A DNA stretch of 64,000 bases from Eggerthellaceae bacterium (GTDB lineage: Bacteria; Actinomycetota; Coriobacteriia; Coriobacteriales; Eggerthellaceae): NCBI GenBank assembly GCA_045614225.1, contig JAZLCO010000085.1, positions 4,164-68,163 of the forward strand. The letters run 5' to 3'. The position numbers were made by a program, and so were the translations under genes. The notes below the pieces were generated by a model. That model did not search any database and had not been told where the DNA came from. It saw only the letters and a program-made list of their open reading frames with translations. Numbering within the stretch: position 1 is the stretch's first letter; each line of letters opens with the position of its first letter. Shown here piece by piece: positions 37,406 through 45,808 of this stretch.

Positions 37406-38800
37406 CTATTCCGCTATCCGTTTGATTTCGCCCTTGAGGTACTGCGCGTTTAGCCAGAAGCACTTCTTCACGACCATGTCGCCCTGAGGGGTTGGCAGAA
37501 CGTCGGTGTTGTCTCGGCCGTGTGGGCGCACGTGGCAGCAGCGGTTCTCCGACGACTTAACGGAATCCTGGGCGCGTCCAGCAATCACGCGGGAGCGCAT
37601 CTCCTCGTAGCAGCGCTTGGCTTCCTCCAGGTCGTCTTCGGGCATCTGCCAGAACGCAACGTCGGCCAATCGGTAGACGCCACGCTCGTTCTCGTCTTCC
37701 CGATAGATGACGAAAAGGTACTTCTGGTCGAGGTAGCTTGCGAAGTCGCTCTCCTCGAAGGGAGTTGCTGCCAGCTCGAAGTAGTCGAAGCGCGGGAACG
37801 ACACCGACTCCTTCGGTGTGCCGTTCCACTTCATGCGCATGGTCTTAGGTTTGATGCCCGCCTTCTCGAACTCCTCGATTTTGGCGTCGTCTGAAACTCC
37901 GAGAATGCGCCGCGTGATGAGGGCGCAAAGGTTTTTCGGCTTGCGCTTGCCCGGTTTGATGTATTCGAACTGTTCGCCTAGCTCTTGCTCGGTGAGTCCG
38001 AAGAAAGGTTCGAAGCGGGCGCGAACGAGGTCGATAAGCGTCATGCTCTTCTCGTTCTCTGCGCGTTCGATTGACTGCATGCCCTCGATAATCCGGTTCG
38101 ACATCGCCGTCATGAACGATGATTTAAGAGCCCAGGCACGCGGTTTAGCTGGAATGTCGGAATAGGGTTGTTTGCGGCGGACCTTCGACGTCGACGATTT
38201 AGTGCAAGCTTCGAGATAGAGGGTGTCCGACCCGGACAGCTCGTGAGCTCTGCCGTCGCGCACCTTGTTGACAACGGTTTCCCAGTCGGCTTTGATTTGC
38301 GCAATATCGCCCTCAGGCAACCCATGAAGGCTGACCATTTCCACGAGCTCGATGCGGTAGTCAAGTGGGTCCGTATCTGGTTCCCACAAGTACGATATCA
38401 GCAAGATATCCTCGGCCTTTTCCATGAGATGGCTCGTTTCGAAGGTCTCATTAACGACCTGCATGTAGTCAATCATGCCGAGCACGAGCCGCTCCTTGGC
38501 TGAGAGGGCTCCGTCCCTGTTACGTTTGAGGGGAGTGGTCTTCAACTCCAGACCAGCCTCGGCGAAATCAGCCTCGGACTTGCTGTTGAGGTCGAGCATG
38601 AAGTAGCAGGTTTCCACCGCGTTTCCAAACGACCCCTTGTTCCTGCTGATGTCCGCAAGCTTGTCTGCATCTGTCTTTTCGCGCAGGGTTGAACCACGCA
38701 GGTCGACAGCATAGTGGTAAACGGATTGCCTGTCGTTCTTATCGTATGGAAACTTGCCATCCAATGTAGCTACGTTCTCCTCTGCATTCGTCGATTGCAC
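37406..38800 (-). CDS. MutH/Sau3AI-family type II restriction endonuclease (GATC-type predicted)
   Basis: AGLELKTTPLKR...SAKERLVLGMIDY, DGRAHELSGSDTLYLEACTK, RRKQPYSDIPAKPRAWALKSSFMT and CCHVRPHG match my recollection of Sau3AI blocks. The length (464 aa) is appropriate. Confidence 0.8.
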   Translation of the reverse strand: MQSTNAEENVATLDGKFPYDKNDRQSVYHYAVDLRGSTLREKTDADKLADISRNKGSFGNAVETCYFMLDLNSKSEADFAEAGLELKTTPLKRNRDGALSAKERLVLGMIDYMQVVNETFETSHLMEKAEDILLISYLWEPDTDPLDYRIELVEMVSLHGLPEGDIAQIKADWETVVNKVRDGRAHELSGSDTLYLEACTKSSTSKVRRKQPYSDIPAKPRAWALKSSFMTAMSNRIIEGMQSIERAENEKSMTLIDLVRARFEPFFGLTEQELGEQFEYIKPGKRKPKNLCALITRRILGVSDDAKIEEFEKAGIKPKTMRMKWNGTPKESVSFPRFDYFELAATPFEESDFASYLDQKYLFVIYREDENERGVYRLADVAFWQMPEDDLEEAKRCYEEMRSRVIAGRAQDSVKSSENRCCHVRPHGRDNTDVLPTPQGDMVVKKCFWLNAQYLKGEIKRIAE

Positions 38801-38907
38801 GCTAACCGATTATGAGCCGTGATAACGGGATTATAAAGCGGCTCCTTTAATAACATGCCGCCGTAAACGCATCTCAAATGAAAGGACGTCGACTGCGGTG
38901 AGCGATA

Positions 38908-39033
38908 GACCAGCGGGTACACACGGGGTGCACACCGCCACCGAAACCTGCATGAAAGCGGCTGAATCTACGCGACTGGCTCAGCGCTGATTATCCTATT
39001 TACCTGCACTTTTACTTACATCGCCATACGGCG
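38908..39033 (+). repeat. right-end arm of the island (homologous to 12782-12889)
   Basis: See the partner segment at 12782-12889. This segment ends exactly at the displaced tRNA 3-prime fragment. Confidence 0.7.
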
Positions 39034-39093
39034 CCGGCCTGTCACGTCGGAGGTCGCGAGTTCAAGTCTCGTACATCCCGCCACGAAACTACT
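39031..39093 (+). repeat. direct repeat copy 2: displaced 3-prime half of tRNA-Asp (att-like), followed by its own diverged terminator hairpin (39094-39123)
   Basis: This 63-bp stretch is identical to 12669-12731 and lacks the tRNA 5-prime half. A hairpin ggtcagtcc/gggctggcc (two G-U pairs) plus ttttt follows. Confidence 0.9.
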
Positions 39094-39232
39094 GGTCAGT
39101 CCACTAAACGGGCTGGCCTTTTTGTATCTATGGGATTCCGAAACAGCTGGTGATGAACGACCTGCTTGGCAGCCGATTGCGATGGCTGCAGACCAGGACG
39201 CCCTGCGTGACCTCAACGCTTTCCCGACGATG

Positions 39233-39427
39233 CTACTTCTGTCTGGGCTTCCACATGAACGTGGTTAACACGCCCAAGGCAATCGGAAACACGATGTTCT
39301 TCATGGGTTCGAAGACGAACGGCATACCTGCAGCCGAAGCCTTAATAAACCCGGCCGCCAGCACAACTATGAAGAGCGTGCCGACGCAGAAGAGCAGGCG
39401 CAACACGAAATTCTCGATATAAAACAT
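39233..39427 (-). CDS. 64-aa small membrane protein
   Basis: It has two hydrophobic helices and lies downstream of the ABC genes on the same strand. Confidence 0.4.
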   Translation of the reverse strand: MFYIENFVLRLLFCVGTLFIVVLAAGFIKASAAGMPFVFEPMKNIVFPIALGVLTTFMWKPRQK

Positions 39428-39458
39428 GATTCGTCCCTTCCTAGATCCATTAAGCCAT

Positions 39459-41111
39459 TTATTCGAATACTTCCACGTTTCGCGCAGCTGCCTTCAGAAG
39501 CACATGCCCCAGCGCTGCGGAAACGGCAATGCCAACGGCGGCAAGCACGGGCATGAAAACGCGCGGCTCGAGCCCCACCAACGGCGACACGAGCAGCGGA
39601 AGCGCAGCATAGACGAGCCCCACGAGCAGAGCCCTGAGCAGGCCTCCCCCGCGCTTCAGGACCTTCGCGCTCACATCGCCGTCGTTTCCCCAGTCGACGT
39701 TAGGGTTGCGGGTGTCGCTCCATGCGCATACGCACGTCATGAGCCAGGAGGCGCCCAGCAGCAGGATGCCCCCGAAAACGACCACCACTACGTCAACGCC
39801 CATCCTGGCAACAAGGTAATAGCCACCCACCGCCATGAACACTACCGCGATAACCACGTTGACGGCGAATCCAGGGAGCACCTTGGCGCGGATCTGCGTG
39901 AACATGGGCACGGGGATGAACTTCATATACGTCCAGTTAGAACCCTCGCGCGATATGCACGTGCCCGCTATCTTGTTGCAGAGCATGCTGACGACAGCGA
40001 GGAACATGAACAGGGTCAGGCCGATTCCCGCGGCCGCAGAGGTGGCATCGCCCAGGTTGGAGACGAGGCCCCCAAAATCCGCCATCGAATCCGACGAGAA
40101 GATGACGCCGAACGTGAACGGCGTTATGAGCAGCGGGTAGGCCACGTAGTTCAGGGCCACTGACGAGTTGCGCGCTATCTTGCGCACCTCGGAGCGCACC
40201 ATGGCCTTGAGAGCGGAGGTCTGCGTCTGGGCTCCTGCGCCCGAATACGCATCAGATTTGCCCGCGCCCGACGATAGAGCGGTGACGATGCGCAGGTACA
40301 GTACGCGCACCACGATCACGAACACGGCGAAGGAAGCGAGCGAAACCAGCGCGAACAACGCACAGCTGAGCACATCGGAATGCACGAGCGCGTACACGGC
40401 GAAACCGTAAGCCGGAAAGGCCATGACCACGCCTCCCATCGCCTCGGAGATGCTCCCGAGGGCGGCTGCCGCGTTTCCTCCCAGGTCCAGATTGCGGGAA
40501 ACGAAGAACGTTGCAACCGAAATGCCAAGCGTGAGCACTGTAGCTATGGTGGTGATGGCGTCTTTGGTGCGCACGCGCTTGAACAACGCGGCAATGATGA
40601 TGGAGATGGCGCCAGCGTAGGCGACGGGCATCATAGGGGCAAGCAGGACCGCAAGCGCGTACGCGAGCCAGTAACCGGCTCCTGCGCCAACAGCAACGCC
40701 CCAGCCCGCCAGCGGCGCGGCGATGATGAGGAACGTGTAGAGGTACGAGGTTGCCAGCGCACTTAGCGCTTTCGAGAACGCGATGGCGAAGGGCGAGACG
40801 GGTAGCGGAAGCAGGTCGTTGATGTCGGATGCTCCGAAGAACGTGCTCAGGATCGCCGGTAGCGAGAGGACGAACGTGAGCACGCCGCAGGCCAAGAACA
40901 GCATGTCGAAGACGACCTTGTCGAGGCCCATCGCGCCCACAGCGCCGTAAGCCGAGTAGCCCAGCCATGCGACACCAACGAAAAGGGCGATGCCGATAAG
41001 TGCCGTACCCGCCATTGCCCCGTTCGCTCCGGCCCTCTTTTCGATGGCAGAGCGCACTCCGCCGAGCGTCTGCATGAGTTGCAGCTTCGTGAGGAGCACA
41101 ACGCTATTCAT
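39459..41111 (-). CDS. multi-pass ABC-exporter permease-like membrane protein
   Basis: A 550-aa protein with about 12 or more TM segments. It overlaps the upstream ABC ATPase gene by 8 nt. Confidence 0.6.
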   Translation of the reverse strand: MNSVVLLTKLQLMQTLGGVRSAIEKRAGANGAMAGTALIGIALFVGVAWLGYSAYGAVGAMGLDKVVFDMLFLACGVLTFVLSLPAILSTFFGASDINDLLPLPVSPFAIAFSKALSALATSYLYTFLIIAAPLAGWGVAVGAGAGYWLAYALAVLLAPMMPVAYAGAISIIIAALFKRVRTKDAITTIATVLTLGISVATFFVSRNLDLGGNAAAALGSISEAMGGVVMAFPAYGFAVYALVHSDVLSCALFALVSLASFAVFVIVVRVLYLRIVTALSSGAGKSDAYSGAGAQTQTSALKAMVRSEVRKIARNSSVALNYVAYPLLITPFTFGVIFSSDSMADFGGLVSNLGDATSAAAGIGLTLFMFLAVVSMLCNKIAGTCISREGSNWTYMKFIPVPMFTQIRAKVLPGFAVNVVIAVVFMAVGGYYLVARMGVDVVVVVFGGILLLGASWLMTCVCAWSDTRNPNVDWGNDGDVSAKVLKRGGGLLRALLVGLVYAALPLLVSPLVGLEPRVFMPVLAAVGIAVSAALGHVLLKAAARNVEVFE

Positions 41112-41829
41112 GCGCCGTCATCTCCAGGAACACCTGCTCGAGCGTCTTGCCGGGATTGGCTTGCCTCAGCTCTTCGAGCGTGCCGTCGAAAAGCTTGCGC
41201 CCGTGCGCGATTATGCACACGTCGTCGCAGAGGGCGTCGGCGGTCTCCAGCACGTGCGTGGAGAACAGCACCGAGTTACCCCGTGCGGCGTGCTCGCGCA
41301 TCATCTCCTTCAACTCGTAGGCACCCTTCGGGTCGAGGCCCGTCATGGGCTCGTCGAGGATCCAGACGCTCGGCTCGTGGATGAGCGCTGCCATGACGTG
41401 CACCTTCTGGCGCATACCATGCGAGTAGTCCGAGATGCGCGAGCCAAGCGCATCGTATATCTCGAAGCGGCGGCCGCATTCCTCGATGAAGGGCTCGCGC
41501 TTCTCGACTGGCGTGCCGTACACGTCAGCCATGAAGTTCAGATACTCGATGCCCGTCAGGCGCAAAAACCGGTCGGGATCGTCGGGCACATAGCCGAACT
41601 GGCGCTTCGCCTCCACAGCGTCGGTTGCGATGTCATGCCCATTGATTCTGATGGAGCCCTCGTCAATGGAATGCACCCCGCAGATCATCTTCAGCGTGGT
41701 CGACTTGCCCGCGCCGTTCGGGCCAAAGAAACCGGTTATCCTGCCGTCTACAACCGTCCAAGTCAGGTCATCGACGGCTTTTCTGTCCTTGCCCGGATAG
41801 GACTTGGAAACGTTGCGTAGTTCTATCAT
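41104..41829 (-). CDS. ABC transporter ATP-binding protein (ABC-2/drug-exporter type)
   Basis: Contains Walker A GPNGAGKST, signature YSHGMRQKV, Walker B VWILDEP and an H-loop STHVLE. Confidence 0.9.
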   Translation of the reverse strand: MIELRNVSKSYPGKDRKAVDDLTWTVVDGRITGFFGPNGAGKSTTLKMICGVHSIDEGSIRINGHDIATDAVEAKRQFGYVPDDPDRFLRLTGIEYLNFMADVYGTPVEKREPFIEECGRRFEIYDALGSRISDYSHGMRQKVHVMAALIHEPSVWILDEPMTGLDPKGAYELKEMMREHAARGNSVLFSTHVLETADALCDDVCIIAHGRKLFDGTLEELRQANPGKTLEQVFLEMTAHE

Positions 41830-41942
41830 CAGAACTCCTTAGCAGCCTCCAGCATACTACCCTCTCAGCAAACATGGCCCCAAGTATACCGCAGGGCTTA
41901 CGGGTTACGTCTACAAATGAGCGCGCCCGCTGCGGAAGCGAT

Positions 41943-41984
41943 GTCGGAGGACGCGAGTATAAGTCTCGTACATCCCACCACGAA
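41943..41984 (+). repeat. degenerate third copy of the tRNA-Asp 3-prime end, with fossil terminator at 41990-42021
   Basis: gtcggaggAcgcgagtATaagtctcgtacatcccAccacgaa differs from the tRNA copy at 4 of 42 positions. It is followed by agctcagccc/gggctgagct plus ttttt, with no plus-strand gene upstream to terminate. Confidence 0.75.
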
Positions 41985-42072
41985 GCACCAGCTCAGCCCA
42001 CGTAACGGGCTGAGCTTTTTTCATTCCATACGATTTTTCAGAGTAATAGGCCTTTCGGCAACGCGGAAATAC

Positions 42073-44019
42073 CTATATATCAAGCGCTGCGTGGTAAGCC
42101 TGGTACACGGCAGCAGTGATGGTGCCAGGGCGCACGGCATCGCCGACAATGCGCACGAACGGCGCAGCATCGCGCAATTCGTCAACCGCTTCGATGCGCG
42201 AACGCTGGCCGATGGCGCTGACCACCGTGTCAGCCGGCACCACGATCTCCCCTTCGGACGTAGTGCACACGACTTGGCCCTTCTCGACACGCGCCACGCG
42301 AGCGCCCGTGCGGACGTCGATGCCGGCCGCCTCTATCTCGGCGAGCAAGATGGGACGGTTGCGAATGTTGCAGTCGATGGCGAGTTCGGAGCGACTGGCG
42401 ATGAGGTGCACGGATTTGCCCTCGTGCGCCAGGTGAAGAGCGCATTCGCACCCGGTCAGTCCTGCACCCGCGACGACCACTTCTCCTTCCGCCTCCTTCC
42501 CGCCGATGTGCAGGTCCTCGATCGAGAGCACACGTGCGCCATCGGCAATGGGGAAAGGCGGTTTCTTGGCCTCGGACCCCACTGCCACGATGGCAGCGTC
42601 GGCGGCAAACTCCTCGGCAAACGCCGCGTCGACGGGTGTGTTCAGACGAATGTCCACGCCTGCGCGCCTGCATAGCAGCTCGTAGGTGCGTCCCAGCTCG
42701 TGCATCTCACGCTTGAAGGGAAGCGCTTGCTCCAAGCGCAGGATGCCGCCAAGCTCGTCACTCGCCTCGCACATCGTCACCTCGTGACCGCGCTTGGTTG
42801 CGGTGTAGGCAGCCACCATGCCGGCGATGCCGCCGCCGATCACGAGCACGCGCTTGCGCTCGAGGGCAGGCGTTATACGCATGCCTTCGATTTCACGTCC
42901 GATGAGCGGGTTCACAGCGCAGCGGCGCGTCTGGGTCACGGGTCGCTCGGCCATGCACACGAAGCAACGCAGGCACTTCACCACCTCGTCGCCGCGATTG
43001 GACATCACCTTGTTGGGCAGCTCCGGATCGGCCAAAAGCCCTCGGCCCATAACCACAATATCCGCTTTACCGGATGCGATGATCTCTTCCATCTGCGCGG
43101 GGTCGGACAATCCCCCGATGGTGGCGACTGGCTTACTGACATGCTTCTTTATCTCAGCTGCCAAGTACACGTTGCAGCCGTGATCGCGGAACATCGAGGG
43201 ATGCGTGATCGAGAACCCGAACTGGTAAGAGCCAGCCGACACGTGGATTATGTCCACCAAGTCTTCGAGCGCCTCGGCAATGCGGCAGCCTTCCTCCAAA
43301 TCGTAACCACCCTCGAAGAGCTCCGAACCGCTCATGCGCATCTCTATGGGGAATCCCACCCCAACCGCCTCGCGAATGGCGCCGAGTACCTCGCGCACGA
43401 TGCGCACGCGGTTCTCAAGCACTCCACCGTACTCGTCGTCGCGCTTGTTGAAGTGCGGAGAGAGGAACTGGTTCAGAAGCCAGCCATGCCCCACATGCAG
43501 CATGACCATCTCGAAACCTGCGCGTTTCGCAAGCTCAGCCGCAGTCCCGTATGCAGTGACAATGCTGGCAATCTGCTCGCGCGTGAGCGCTTTCACGGGC
43601 ATGCCGTCGGGGCGCACGCCATCGGAGGGGCCGTACTGGCAAAGGGACCCCTTTTTCTTCTTGTCCACCATATAGGTGCCCGCATACTGACCCGAATGCG
43701 AAAGCTCGATGCTCGGAATGGATCCGTGGCGCTTAATAGCATCCGCCACGAACGTGAAGGCGCCAAGTTGACCGGGTGTGGAAAGCGAGAGATGCAACAT
43801 CTGAGAGCCATCGGTTTCCGGATGAACAACCAGCTCGCTCACCGTCACAACTGCCGCGCCCCCCTTGGCACGCAATTCGTAGAAACCCTGCGTGCGCGGT
43901 CCGGGCGTACCGTTCGCATCGATGTCGGTCGCGCCCATTGGAGCCGAGCACATCCTATTGCGCAAAGTCACGTTCCCCACGTTCAGAGGCTTGCACAGAT
44001 TCGGGTAATCTCGCTTCAT
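42073..44019 (-). CDS. OYE-family FMN oxidoreductase fused to FAD/NAD(P)-binding domain (2,4-dienoyl-CoA reductase / enoate reductase-like)
   Basis: An N-terminal TIM-barrel OYE pattern (NRMCSAPMG, HSGQYAG, HVGHGWLLNQFLSP) is followed by a CLRCFVC cluster and VLVIGGGIAGMVAAY plus VVVAGAGLTGCE Rossmann motifs. Confidence 0.85.
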   Translation of the reverse strand: MKRDYPNLCKPLNVGNVTLRNRMCSAPMGATDIDANGTPGPRTQGFYELRAKGGAAVVTVSELVVHPETDGSQMLHLSLSTPGQLGAFTFVADAIKRHGSIPSIELSHSGQYAGTYMVDKKKKGSLCQYGPSDGVRPDGMPVKALTREQIASIVTAYGTAAELAKRAGFEMVMLHVGHGWLLNQFLSPHFNKRDDEYGGVLENRVRIVREVLGAIREAVGVGFPIEMRMSGSELFEGGYDLEEGCRIAEALEDLVDIIHVSAGSYQFGFSITHPSMFRDHGCNVYLAAEIKKHVSKPVATIGGLSDPAQMEEIIASGKADIVVMGRGLLADPELPNKVMSNRGDEVVKCLRCFVCMAERPVTQTRRCAVNPLIGREIEGMRITPALERKRVLVIGGGIAGMVAAYTATKRGHEVTMCEASDELGGILRLEQALPFKREMHELGRTYELLCRRAGVDIRLNTPVDAAFAEEFAADAAIVAVGSEAKKPPFPIADGARVLSIEDLHIGGKEAEGEVVVAGAGLTGCECALHLAHEGKSVHLIASRSELAIDCNIRNRPILLAEIEAAGIDVRTGARVARVEKGQVVCTTSEGEIVVPADTVVSAIGQRSRIEAVDELRDAAPFVRIVGDAVRPGTITAAVYQAYHAALDI

Positions 44020-44202
44020 GACTGTCCTTTCGGTTTTCGACGTGGTAGTCGATAATTCACTACATCCAAATCATATTGCACCAGCAACTGAGCTCGCAAC
44101 TGCATTAGCTATCGCCCTCGTCTCATGAAAGATTCAGATTTAGAAGAAGCGCATTCACCGCATGCTATACTCCATCACGTCAATTTGTTGGGGGGTTAGG
44201 TA

Positions 44203-44739
44203 ATGGATACGAAAGCAGTAATAGAACAGCTTGTTGAACAAGTCGGTTTCGATTTCGTTGGCGAATGCACAACCGAAGGGTTCCGCACGCAACCGGAAGT
44301 GCGCAACATGTGCGCCGCAAACCTCTGCCAGCACTACGATAAATCGTGGTCATGCCCACCGGCCTGCGGTGATATCGAAGAATACGAGCAGCGCATGCGT
44401 GCATTCGACCAGTGCGTTGTCGTTCAATCTGTGGGGCAGATGGAAGATCCCTACGATTTCGAAACCGTTATGGAAACTGCCGCCACACAAGACGATCGAT
44501 TCCGCGAACTGGTTAAACAATTACAGGAGCAGGATTTCGCGTTCATGCCCCTCGGCGCCGGCGCATGCATGCTCTGCAAAGAGTGCAGCTACCCGGATGC
44601 TCCGTGCCGCTTCCCCGACAAAATGGTTGTGTCCATGGAAGCTTCGGGCTTGGTGGTCAACGAGATATGCACGAAAGCGGGCATCGCATACAACCACGGT
44701 GAAAACACCATCAGTTTCACCGGCTGCATCTTGTTCTAA
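44203..44739 (+). CDS. DUF2284-type predicted metal-binding protein
   Basis: Contains the pattern CAANLCQHYDKSWSCPPACG and a later CMLCKECSYPDAPC. Confidence 0.6.
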   Translation: MDTKAVIEQLVEQVGFDFVGECTTEGFRTQPEVRNMCAANLCQHYDKSWSCPPACGDIEEYEQRMRAFDQCVVVQSVGQMEDPYDFETVMETAATQDDRFRELVKQLQEQDFAFMPLGAGACMLCKECSYPDAPCRFPDKMVVSMEASGLVVNEICTKAGIAYNHGENTISFTGCILF

Positions 44740-44755
44740 GACGACCGAGAAGCAG

Positions 44756-45124
44756 TTACAGCTCGATACGGCCGAACTTGCCTAGAAGCTCTGCTGCGGC
44801 CACGTGAGCCTCGCAAATGCAATACTTCCAACCTTCGGCCTTGCGCGCCTTCGCACCTGCGAGCATACCGGCTGCGACCTCTGCACCCATGATGTCGACT
44901 GCCGGACCTTCAGCAAACGCGATGAGGGCATCGATGCCAAGCATGCGATCCTCAAGGAAATCGAGCAGGGCGTTGGTGGCAGCTTCAACTGAAGCATCGC
45001 TATCGTCTGCAGCGACGGCATCCTTCCAAGCCTGTGCCGCTTCCTTGGTATCCTGCTTGCTCGTATCTGCCGCTGCAAGAATGTTGGCGCGCTCTGCCAC
45101 GAAATCAAACAGCTCTTTCTCCAT
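44756..45124 (-). CDS. hypothetical protein (122 aa)
   Basis: I chose the start at 45124 because of the GAAGGAGG RBS. I recognised no motif. Confidence 0.45.
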   Translation of the reverse strand: MEKELFDFVAERANILAAADTSKQDTKEAAQAWKDAVAADDSDASVEAATNALLDFLEDRMLGIDALIAFAEGPAVDIMGAEVAAGMLAGAKARKAEGWKYCICEAHVAAAELLGKFGRIEL

Positions 45125-45224
45125 GATGTGCCTCCTTCGGCTCAAACGCTTATGCGGCAATCGACCACCGCAATCTTATAACGCCATTATAAAGTGGAAC
45201 GGATTGACGCCGGACGGCACATCG

Positions 45225-45569
45225 TCAGCAGCCTTCGATCGAGTCGATCTCGAGCTCGGTGCCGTATAGAAGCTCAGTTTTAGAGCTGCCGCAATGGGGG
45301 CAAATTCTGCCCTGAGGAACAGCCTTGTACGTCTTTCCACAATCGTTGCAGACGTTCACCGCTTCAATCTGATAAATCTCAAGCTCTGCATCTTTGAGCA
45401 CGTCGCTGCGCTCAGAAGCCCAAAGCCAAGCGTCTTCGAAGAAATCGGTCACGACACCCGAAACCTCGCCCAAGCTGACCGTCACCTTGTCAATGCGAGA
45501 CAAACCGTGCTCCCGCGCGGCATCCTCGAGAAGATCGACCATATGAAAAACGACGCCCAGTTCGTGCAT
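45225..45569 (-). CDS. hypA: hydrogenase nickel-insertion protein HypA
   Basis: It has the MHELGV N-terminus and the CNDCG...CPHCGS zinc site, and is 114 aa long. I chose the start at 45569. Confidence 0.75.
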   Translation of the reverse strand: MHELGVVFHMVDLLEDAAREHGLSRIDKVTVSLGEVSGVVTDFFEDAWLWASERSDVLKDAELEIYQIEAVNVCNDCGKTYKAVPQGRICPHCGSSKTELLYGTELEIDSIEGC

Positions 45570-45808
45570 GATTCCCTTTCCGCTTTCATGCGCGCACGAG
45601 ATATGGAACAAGCTGTTCTTTCGCCCGCAGGCGCCTCGAGCTAGCGTACTGCCCAATCTTACTAGAAAGCAGACAAATCTGCGGTCAACCCATCACGAGA
45701 TTCAGCATTGAAACGCTCGGCAGTTGTATGATGTTGAACACAGAATAAACGGGGTTATTACTGCAATTTAACCGCCTCCGGAACTCAAAAAGAAGAGAGG
45801 GCGTACGC

